In this document: positions 1 through 10,900 of the stretch, in pieces | Numbering within the stretch: position 1 is the stretch's first letter | Layout: each line of letters begins with the position of its first letter | Assembly: GCA_002269645.1 (NCBI GenBank) | Contig: NIVC01002320.1 | Coordinates: 120,354-184,353, forward strand | Direction: 5' to 3' | Length of the DNA stretch: 64,000 nucleotides | Source: Macrostomum lignano | Lineage: Eukaryota | Made by a program: the position numbers and the translations under genes | The notes under the pieces: model-generated | The model's database searches: none | Seen by the model: only the letters and a program-made list of their open reading frames with translations | What the model was told of the DNA's origin: nothing

Positions 1-1312
1 AGGGATTGACAGCTGCGCGTTAGAAGCCTGCCAAATGCCGTAGCAATGTAGAGCAAAGGAAGAGAGGACTGCATGCGCCTCACTGGCCCCAATCATTGTG
101 GCAGCGCAGAGCCTGAGTAGACAGAACTATGGCAGATTCCCAATGCTAAGCACTTTAGCCCAATATAGAGAGTGGAGAGCAGGTTGGTGAGGTGGAATTT
201 CCATTGACCTGGAACTGATGTCGAAGCTCTTCTCTCTCTCTCTTTTCTAATTTTGGACTGCCTCAGCCCGTGCGGACCCGGATGCAGAGAGAGTCTCGAC
301 CACTTCGCACAGCGTTTAACTCCTTATAACTTTTTGTACCCTCGTAGCTTATGAAGTAAAGCATTGAAGGATGAAGGTGAAAGCTTAGGAGAAGGAGGCT
401 GGAATCTTGTAGTTTCGTTGTTCAATGATTGCTAGTCTGCTTTCCCCGTCAGTTAACTGGAGTTAGAAAAGGCAATTCGCAAATTTCAGAATTCCACAAA
501 TTCGCCGGCAAGCTGAACTGGCTGTCCATCTTCCATGCGGGGCGATGAGGCCGCCATTTTCGGAATCCCCTGCTGGCGGAAGAAATTTGCGAACTTTTAA
601 GAAATGGCCAAGCAAATGGCGAGAGAAAGGCCGAGAGACGGGGCTTGGCAAGAACTCTTCGCTGACGATAAACAGGTGCGGCCAGGTGTGCGAAATCCGC
701 CTCATTACCGACCGGCTTGCGTGTGGCCGCGCAGCTTCCCATGCAGAACTTTTTCCCACTTCTGCCCATCCCCGCTATCTTCACCGCTCCTGACATGGGC
801 GAGGAAAAGAGCGACAGAAAAGTATGAAAATAAAGTTTGGGAGGAGGGAGATTTGCGATTAAGATTCGAGCGGAAAAAATCCCTCATTTTGCGGTGAAGA
901 AGAACCTTGGTCTGCCCGTTCTGCCTGTCCTCTTGTGGCAACAGTTGGCTTCAAAGCTCTTCCAGAAGAACTTGCACTCTTTTGTCGCAGAGTGCAGTTG
1001 GAAAATTCTTGGCTCGCGAGAGTGGAAGGCGAAATGAAAAGCAAACAGAACCCAAAAATGCGCTGAGCGAGGCAAAACAAATTCCTGGCGGCAATTTTCT
1101 GGCGACATTGTTGCTTTTAATTGAAAAGAAGATTTGTTAACTGTGTCCCAGAGGCGGCGCAAAAGCGCTGCGCATTCACTGGCCGGTTGAACGATTGGAC
1201 CAGGGGGTCGGCGAACTCCGGCCAAGGCCACAAAGCCTCTCTATCCGGCCCTCGGGTCCTTTGAACTTCACAATAGCAATCCGGCCCGCTCAGGGTTTGT
1301 GTCTCTTCTCAG

Positions 1313-1698
1313 CTCCTCTCCTCTACTCTCCTCTCCTCTCCTCTCCTCTCTCCTCTCCTCTCTCCTCTCCTCTCCTCTACTCTCCTCTCCTCTCCTCTCC
1401 TCTCCTCTCCTCTCCTCTCCTCTCCTCTCCTCTCCTCTCCTCTCCTCTCCTCTCCTCTCCTCTCCTCTCCTCCCTCTCCTCTCCTCTCCTTTCCTCTCCC
1501 CTCTCCTCTCCCCTCTCCTCTCCTCTCCTCTCCTCTCCTCTCCTCTCCTCTCCTCCTCCTCTCCTCTCCTCTCCTCTCCTCTCCTCTCCTCTCCTCTCCT
1601 CTCCTCTCCTCTCCTCTCCTCTCCTCTCCTCTCTTCTCTGCTCTGCTCTGCTCTCTTCTCTCTCCTCTATTCCCTTTGACCCTCTCCTCTCTCCCCTC
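1313..1698. repeat. (TCTCC)n pentanucleotide microsatellite, polypyrimidine/polypurine tract
   Basis: ~385 bp of near-continuous ctctc/ctcct units; produces the spurious LLSSP / EERRG ORFs. Confidence 0.97.
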
Positions 1699-4600
1699 TG
1701 GCCCGCAGTAATGCCACTAGATTTTATCTGGCTCCAAATGTAAAAAATTTTGCCGAGCCCTGGATCATTCGAGCGTTCATTAGGCATCCAAGACTTCACA
1801 AGACTACAGTAGAGGCTTATAACTATTTGGCAGTGTGAAATTTCGGAGATCACAGGGAAATCATGTCTCTGTACTTAAGCATCGGATGCCAGCTAGAATG
1901 CTTCACTGCCGGTTGCTTTGCTTCTCCTAGAAGAACAAGTAGAAACTGAACTGGGCAAATGATAGAACTCCATTCGTCCCTGTAACTAGGCTAGATCAGA
2001 ATCTTCTCCCTAACTGCTTGTCAAAAAGCAGATCCGGAGGTAAGAGCCGTGCACTTTTCTACCCTAGAACATCTAGCTGCCAGCATATTGCAGGCTTTCA
2101 AGGCACTTATTATTTCTACGAAGCTGCATGCAGGCTAGCTAGGGGAGGGCTTTTCAGCCAAGGATTCTGCGTGATTTACCGGACGCTAGGGACAACAGCT
2201 TCATCATATGCATTTCAGTCGGGTGGCTGCTGAAAGTCAGGGAAGGAAGAAGAGGAGAAGGGATAATAATAATTAGTTCTCAAGGTAAGCTGGGCAGCCT
2301 TGCCATGAGGGTTTTCTCCCGCACGTCACCAACAACTTATTGGAATGCGGGTCGCGAACTGATTTGCATGCAGCTGTTTCCATCACCGCTCTCCGCAAGA
2401 GTCCTGTAGCTGGGGCTAAAATCAATGAATCCATATGCCATAGCAGGGTTTGAGTAACAGCTCAAGCGCTGAGTGCGATCCCGTGTTTCTCTTGCTTGCC
2501 CACGCCGCTGCAGCCAGGAGTCTGGGAGTTAATGAGCCGGGCTGCTTTCACCCGTGAGCCTGCTTCACGCCTGACCGCTCACAACAGAGAGAGAGAGAGA
2601 GCAATGGAGATTGAGGCTTGTCTCTTACTAATAGTCGGTTCTTTATATTTGTGAGGCCTCTTTAAGATTGTGTGGAGATCCCCCGCATTGAATTCCGTGT
2701 GTAATAAAATTGAGGGCCACGCTGGTCGAACGAGAGTCGCACGAGATTCGCTACAGATATTAACCACAGATCCCCATCCCCTGCTGAAAATGCAATTCCC
2801 AATTCTGTGACTGGAACGGAAGCCGCAATCAATCATGAAGCCTCGGCCGAAGCGAGTCGAGCACAATGGTTACAAGTGAGGAGCTCCATCTCTCACTTTC
2901 TCTCTCTTCAGGGCTCTGAGCAGAATCACTCAACCAGCGCGTGACGCCGCTCGCATATTCGGCTTGGTCAAGCGAAAGAGAGAGGGGAGAAGGGAGAGAG
3001 GCTTAGAGGAGCAAAACTCAGACGGACTCACCTGGATGTTGAGAGCTGCCCGTTCTGCTGTTCTTCCCTGACTCGTGGGTCTCAAGCGCCAAGCGTCCCG
3101 ATCTGCAGAGCTGGACAGGTGCGAGGATGCCTGCGGTGTCACAGGTTGCTCCCAGGCTTGACCAGTGGATAGGAAATAACGGTTAAAGACTGCAGTGATG
3201 GATACAATTTGAAAAGTTAAGCCTTGGTTTAGCTGATCGGGGAGGCGGGCGAGGGCGTGGTGTTCCCTGTTGGCCGACTGAAATACCTCAGATGAGTCGT
3301 TCCGGGTGGGAAGCCTGACTGCTATGCACTCGCTTCCCCTTTCTCTCCGCCAATCTCCCCCTGTCTTTGGCCATCTAGATCTAAGCAAAGAAAGGCTTTG
3401 CGGGAAGGAGGAGGGATAGCGATCAGCCAATCAGAGCCCAGCTGGCTACGCGGGAACAGAACGCACGGAAACTCGAGTGCTTTGTACACTTCCCCAAGGC
3501 CGGCCATGCAAAGGTATATCAAGGAAGTGAGAAGAAAGAGAATTATAGAAGGGTTAGAACAATTTTCTATCGCTCACCCACCCCGGGAAGCTCAGAGCTA
3601 CTTTTGTCAGGCGCGTGAGTCACTCTCCTGACTGGCAGAGAAACAAGTGCATGTGTACTGCATGCGGCTCATGCAGGAAGGGAACTGGGGCCGGTGGTTG
3701 TCTCGGCCAGACTGGGTGAGGGGGCGTGAAGGAAGAGAATTGACAGCGGGGCAGAGGAAATTGCACTCTCTAAATTTAATTTGCTAAAGCCATAAAGTGC
3801 TGAGGTGAAGTTCTGTCACTCTTTCTAATCCTGTTCACCTGTCCGTTGCTGGCACAGCAGGGGTGGCATTAGTCATGCGGCCACCATGAGTGAGTAAGTC
3901 AAAGTAGGGACGCTACACTCTATTCTCTTAGAAACGAGCGGGAGACCGGTAAGAAACGGATTTTTATCGACAGATTTTGTCTATGGTGGAATCCCATTAA
4001 GCGCTATGCGTTCTACAGAGCATACCGAATGCACAGGCGATATGACAGACATTCGTTCTTTACCGACATCCAGTTCGTTTCTAGGAAAATCGATACGCGT
4101 CCTTCTAACTTCGGCTGTGCATAGAGTTCAGAAAAATGGAGTTCAGAAGACCTAAATTCATGTTTTTTAGTTTTACATAACTCAGTAACTCATAGTTGCT
4201 GCAATAAGGGACTTTCGATCATCATGTGCATACTGCCACTCACTCGCATACGTGCTACACCTTGGGGGACGGGCCCTCATTCCGCCCCAATTCTGAGGTT
4301 ATCCTCATAGTTTTAAAAATCTTTTAGCTTGCAGCATACTCATATAACTGCATAAATTTGCTAGCTGTGCGGGAAAGCTGGACCAGTTCCAATATTATTG
4401 ATCATTGGTACAGGCATGCAAGGATTTTGCCAATGCAAATTTAACACATTGGGAATTGCATAATCAAACTGCCTTCTCAAGTAAACAGGATTAGGCAGGC
4501 CAGATGCCCCGAGTGGGTGACTCATCGCACTGCACAAACCTGCTATTGGATGGGCGGGTCGGTGAAGCTGCCTGCACTGCATCATTCCCGCGCGGCTGCG

Positions 4601-5448
4601 GAGTCCCAGAGTTGCACTGATGGAGAGCCTCGGAGACAGCAAAGTGGAGCTCAAGTTTCCCAGAATTTCTCTACCGCCTGCCGCTATAACAGGGATTGCG
4701 TAATAGGAATGCAAATGATGAAGCTGTCAGCCTCTCTATTTATTTGAATGGCTCTTCTGCTGGCGCATGGGATAGATCCTCTTGCCTTAAAAGCTCCCCC
4801 ATCAACTGTCATATAGGCGAGCAATAGCTGGTCAATCAAATAGCTAAATGCATTGCAGTCAGGAGAGGTTGCCTCTGTCGCCGAAGCATTGAGTATAGAG
4901 TATAGAGAGCCCTCCTGCTAGTATGCTAAGGATTGTACAAGCGGAGTGAACGGTAACTAAACTTTCAAGGGCAACATACAGCGCTATGCTCATACGAACT
5001 GAGACCAAGAACCCCCCCCCCAACCCGAGCCTCGTGCAAGCTGTAAATATAGTTTACTCCAATTCAATCAAGCCAACTAGAGCACAATGAGCCGAGATTA
5101 AACAGCTTTCCACATATAGAATCGATAGCCGTATGGGTGATAATTGTGCATCAGTATCGTCATCAGTAAGCAATTCTAACACATGCATGCTGTATTCGGG
5201 AGCATAAAATTAGAGTCTGAAAAACAACCTGATTGACAAGTAGCTAGGCACAGCTGCAGAAAACCGCGCTAGATCGGGTTGCCAAGGCTTGCTGATCAGT
5301 GCACCCCTCAAACTAGCTGGTCAAAATGCGCACAGCTGGCTGCAGTTCGGTTGATGATTATTTATTGTTGACTAAGTGAGACGAACACAGATTGTGTCCT
5401 GAAAGTCCTCCAATCCAGCCCAGTGCTGCTGCTCTCCCCGTGGGTCTA

Positions 5449-7526
5449 CGACGTTTGCCTGCGGGACGTTTGCCAGCCGACATTTGCCAGCCGACGTTTA
5501 CCAGCCGACGTTTGCCTGCGGGACGTTTGCCAGCCGACATTTTCCAGCCGACGTTTACCAGCCGATGTTTGCCTGCCGGACGTTTGCCAGCCGACTTTTT
5601 ATTTTTATTAGTATTAGAGGCAGGGGGGTTGTGTGCACCCTGGCGCACTTTAAGCGACATAGGCACACAACCGGCGAAAGGCATTGCTGCCCATTCCGCC
5701 GACTCCCCTGAGCAGGCATACAAGCGCGCGGATACGTACGCAGGCACACACTCACACAGGAGTGTACAGCGGCCCTAACTTTATATTATCGTTAGACATG
5801 TACACTTCACTGCGCCTTGGGGGGTTGGCTCTCAAGGCCGCTAATTGCACGAGCAGAGCCAAGCCGGGATTCCAATTCAGCCCAAAATTAATGTGACTGC
5901 ACTTGGAATCGAGCCTGGGTTGCTGGCACACCAGAGCCTGCGCTACCGCTGGGCTACGGCCCCCCGCCAGCCGACGTTTGCCTGCGAGACGTTTGCCAGC
6001 CGACGTTTGCGAGCCGACGTTTGCCAGCCGACGTTTGCCAGCCGACGTTTGCCAGCCGACGTTTACAAGCCGAAGTTTGCCAGCCGACGTTTGCCTGCTG
6101 GAAGTTTGCCAGCAAAAATTTGCTAGCCGATATAAAGCCAGTCAGTGAAAAATTTGATACTGAAATATTCGCAGTTTAGCGGTTTGACAAAAACCGTTTT
6201 TACTCAAACTTTTTGACAGTTATTTGCATGTAATACAAGTTCGAAAGCAAAATCTATATAACTATGCAATTCATTAGTCTAACATCTAATATCTAGTTTA
6301 ACAACGATTTTCTTTGAATGTGAAAATATAGTTTACTTAATTTTTGACAATTGTGTATCGTTTTTTCCAGTTTGAGATGTTTGATTTTTTATGTGCGAAA
6401 GAAGACGCGCAGATTACAACGGGAATCTCCAGCGATTAAGTTATGAGGCAAACAAAAAGAGCTGCTGAGCGGTAATTCTGGCTCATATATTTCTCAGTTC
6501 ATTGGGAGATCCGAAAGTAAGCAAATTGATTCCAATGCTGTTGTATTACTACACAAGTAAGACAGGAAACCGCGATCTCAACGTACATGTGTAGACGAGT
6601 CGAATGCGGTACGTTTGTATAGCCAGACAAGCCGCCAGTAACAAGAACTAGTAGGATAGCAAGCGCTAGACACTTCGTATACAAAGCTTAGTCACGCCAA
6701 GGACTACTAAAGTAGAAGGACGCGCAGCACTCGAAATCTATGGAAAATGTTTTGAAGGCCATAGGGAGATAGGAAGTTTTCATCTTTTCAGCACAACAAT
6801 TGTTATTGCTTTCATACGAGGCAAACCCATTGTTCATCTTTTGATATGTTGTGCCAAAATCGTTGTTAAACTAGATATTAGACGTTAGACTAATGAATTG
6901 CATAGTTATATAGATTTTGCTTTCGAACTTGTATACATGCAAATAACCGTCAAAAATTTTGAGTAAAAACGGTTTTTGTCAAACCGCTAAACTGCGAATA
7001 TTTCAGTATCAAATTTTTCACTGACTGGCTTTATATTGGCTAGCAAATTTTAGCTGGCAAACTTCCAGCAGGCAAACGTCGGCTGACAAACTTCGGCTGG
7101 CAAACGTCCCGCAGGCAAACGTCCGGCAGGCAAACGTCGGCTGGCAAACTTCGGCTGGCAAACGTCCCGCAGGCAAACGTCCGGCAGGCAAACGTCGGCT
7201 GGCAAACTTCGGCTGGCAAACGTCCCGCAGGCAAACGTCCGGCAGGCAAACTTCGGCTGGCAAACGTCGGCTGGCAAATGTCGGCTGGCAAACGTCCCGC
7301 AGGCAAACGTCCGGCAGGCAAACTTCAGCTGGCAAACGTCCCGCAGGCAAACGTCGGCTGGCAAACGTCGGCTGGCAAACGTCGGCTGGCAAACGTCGGC
7401 TGGCAAACGTCGGCTGGCAAACGTCGGCTGGCAAACGTCGGCTGGCAAACGTCGGCTGGCAAACGTCGGCTGGCAAACGTCCCGCAGGCAAACGTCGGCT
7501 GGCAAACGTCCCGCAGGCAAACGTCG
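5449..7526. mobile_element. Foldback-type non-autonomous DNA element with long modular inverted arms
   Basis: Left arm 5449-6311 is the reverse complement of right arm 6856-7526. Each arm has an outer array of 14-bp gccgacgtttgcca units and an inner ~215-bp AT-rich unique segment. Spacer is 544 bp; cta flanks both ends (5446-5448, 7527-7529); no transposase ORF seen. Confidence 0.85.
5596..5965 (-). mobile_element. tRNA-derived SINE (family 1), full-length, inserted in the foldback left arm
   Basis: Minus strand begins gggggccgtagcccagcggtagcgc (A-box) ... ggctcgattcc (B-box) and ends in an A-rich tail. Flanked by gccagccgac direct repeats (5586-5595, 5966-5975). Homologous pieces at 22381 and 61803. 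Confidence 0.8.
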
Positions 7527-7948
7527 CTATCCCTCTCCCAGTCTATCCATAGTTCCCTAGGGCTTCCTACAAAAGCATTTAGATTTCCTAAAAAATCAAT
7601 GCGTTGGTTTTTGATAAACTGCTGGTATTCCTCGCCTTTACTAAACTCACTCTGTGGCTCTACTCAGCAGAATACCCCGGGGAAATTTGCACAGCAAATC
7701 AGCTCAGCTGTGCTCAAACTGCATCAAGTTAGCTTTCTGCTGAATCGCACTCAACCTATTGATGAGCAGGCGATTCTGTAGAGACAAAATTTGAAACAGT
7801 AAGGAATAAATAAAATGGCAGAAAATTGTTATTTGTAATAACTTGATTTTATAATTGTTACATCGAAAAGAAATAACAAGACAGCAACAGAACGACAACA
7901 ATAAGCCGAGAGCCAAAGTTATGAGTGCCATTGTCCAATGCGTTCGGA

Positions 7949-10900
7949 TCAGCTGCTGACACCGCCTGCGGACGAGGCGGCGGAACCGGATGTAGAGGCG
8001 GAACCGGATGTAGAGGCGGAACTGGATGTAGAGGCGGAACCGGACGAGGCTGCGGAACCAGATGAAGCGACGGAACCGGATGAAGCAGCGGAACCGGAGT
8101 TAGAGGCGGAACCGGATGTAGAGGCGGAACCAGATGAAGCGGCAGAACCGGATGTAGAGACGGAGGCAGACGACGCGGCAGACGCGGTGCTGAGAAAGCC
8201 GAGCCGTTTAAGTGAGATTTCAACGTAAGCCGCGCGGTCAGCCCGGCTCCAGTCCACCATTCGGTCGGGCTGCGTGGCCAGCAGGACCGACCAGCCTCTC
8301 CTGGCGTCGGCCACAGCCGGGCACCGGTTATCAAGGTTGAAGTACAGAACACCGGAAGCGTTGCTGGACTCGCACGGAAGGGCGTCGCCGATGGCGTAGG
8401 CAAACGGAGATTCGGCGGCGAACACGCGAGCGTCCGCGAGAAGCTGACGGCTCCAGCTGGACTGGACAACGCTGTCGCGATCAAAGCTGCCGTTGTAGAC
8501 CAGCTGCCAGGCCTGGCCGGAGGCGGTGGTCAGCCGCACCCTGACTAGCGGGAAAGCCAGCGGCCGGGAGCGGAGCAGCTGCGACTTGTAGAACAGGCCG
8601 GGCCGGAGGGCGCCTACGGGGGCGGCGCTGGCCGGGTAGGTCAGCATGCTGTTGCTAAGCAACTCGGCCAGCGTCACCGGCATGTCAGCGGAGGCGATGA
8701 GACCGGGCAGCCAGCCGTCGGAGTCGGTGGGCAGGGACTTGGCCAGCAGTTGCAGCGAGTCCAGGTCCTCCATCTCGGCTAGGGCGGAGGGCCGGCCGGA
8801 GCGGGCGAACCGGAAGCGCGGATACGGGCCCGGCAGGTCCTCGCAGCCGTCCCGGTCGGTGAGCACCGCCAGGAGGCCTTTGCGGCTGGCGCATCGGGAA
8901 CCAGTGGCCGCGGTAGCAGTGGAAGTCGAGGCCGAGGCTGCAGTCGATGACGAGGCGGCCGAGCGAGTCAGGATGGAGAACAGGAGGCTGGGGAAACGGT
9001 CACTGCGAAGGCTCCAGCTGAGTTCCAGCGTCTCCTTCACGGACTCGAGTCGCCAGGGGAAGCTGGCCACCAAGTTGGCGGAGCTGAAGAAGCTGGCAAA
9101 GTCGGCGGCGGCGGTCTGGAAGGTGAGGTAGGCGCGGGTTTCGCCTTCCGAGTTGCGGAAGAGCAGCTTCACCTGGCTGTAGGTGCCGACTGTGAAGTTC
9201 CTCAGCGCGACAAACTGCCGCATCTCGGCAGACTCGGCCAAAGACATCCAGGAGTACGCGGTGCCGCGCAGCAGCGAGTCAAAGACCTCCTGAACGCGGA
9301 CGCCGGAGCCAGCGCTGATCGTCAGCAGTGGCGAGAAATTTTCCAAGTTGGCGAGCTCCTGGCAGCTGGCGAGGGCTTTCTGGGTGCTGACGAAGCTGCG
9401 ATGAGGTGCGCCAGGGGGTTGAGAGGAGTTGAACGCAATGATCTTAACTAGACTGCCTATGCGGGACCTGACACCTCACAGCTTTTAAGCAGCTTAAACA
9501 GCCAGTTCAGGCCTACGAGTACACAGCCAATCCAGGCCAACACACAGCCAATCCAGGCCAACACACAGCCAATCCAGGCCAACACACAGCCAATCCAGGC
9601 CAACACACAGCCAATCAAGGCCAACACACAGCCAATCCAGGCCAACACACAGCCAATCCAGGCCAACACACAGCCAATCCAGGCCAACACACAGCCAATC
9701 CAGGCCAACACACAGCCAATCCAGGCCAACACACAGCCAATCCAGGCCAACACACAGCCAATCCAGGCCAACACACAGCCAATCCAGGCCAACACACAGC
9801 CAATCCAGGCCAACACACAGCCAATCCAGGCCAACACACAGCCAATCCAGGCCAACACACAGCCAATCCAGGCCAACACACAGCCAATCCAGGCCAACAC
9901 ACAGCCAATCCAGGCCAACACACAGCCAATCCAGGCCAACACACAGCCAATCCAGGCCAACACACAGCCAATCCAGGCCAACACACAGCCAATCCAGGCC
10001 AACACACAGCCAATCCAGGCCAACACACAGCCAATCCAGGTCAACACACAGCCAATCCAGGCCAACACACAGCCAATCCAGGCCAGCACACAGCCAATCC
10101 AGGCCAACACACAGCCAATCCAGGCCAACACACAGCCAATCCAGGCCAACACACAGCCAATCCAGGCCAACACACAGCCAATCCAGGCCAACACACAGCC
10201 AATCCAGGCCAACACACAGCCAATCCAGGCCAACACACAGCCAATCCAGGCCAACACACAGCCAATCCAGGCCAACACACAGCCAATCCAGGCCAACACA
10301 CAGCCAATCCAGGCCAACACACAGCCAATCCAGGCCAACACACAGCCAATCCAGGCCAACACACAGCCAATCCAGGCCAACACACAGCCAATCCAGGCCA
10401 ACACACAGCCAATCCAGGCCAACACACAGCCAATCCAGGCCAACACACAGCCAATCCAGGCCAACACACAGCCAATCCAGGCCAACACACAGCCAATCCA
10501 GGTCAACACACAGCCAATCCAGGCCAACACACAGCCAATCCAGGCCAGCACACAGCCAATCCAGGCCAACACACAGCCAATCCAGGCCAACACACAGCCA
10601 ATCCAGGCCAACACACAGCCAATCCAGGCCAACACACAGCCAATCCAGGCCAACACACAGCCAATCCAGGCCAACACACAGCCAATCCAGGCCAACACAC
10701 AGCCAATCCAGGCCAGCACACAGCCAATCCAGGCCAACACACAGCCAATCCAGGCCAACACACAGCCAATCCAGGCCAACACACAGCCAATCCAGGCCAA
10801 CACACAGCTAATCCAGGCACAAGAGCTGGAAACCAGTCCGAACGCACCTGGCCACCTCAGAGCTGTTGGTGCCAGCCTTCATGGACTCAATCTGGGTCTT

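Noticed and set aside
449-5350. Numerous 60-170-aa ORFs
   Set aside because: No recognisable motifs, codon style or consistent splice structure.
9457-10847. Long ORFs (LAWIGCV)n and (WPGLAVC)n
   Set aside because: Stop-free translation of a 21-bp intronic minisatellite bounded by splice sites of the host gene.
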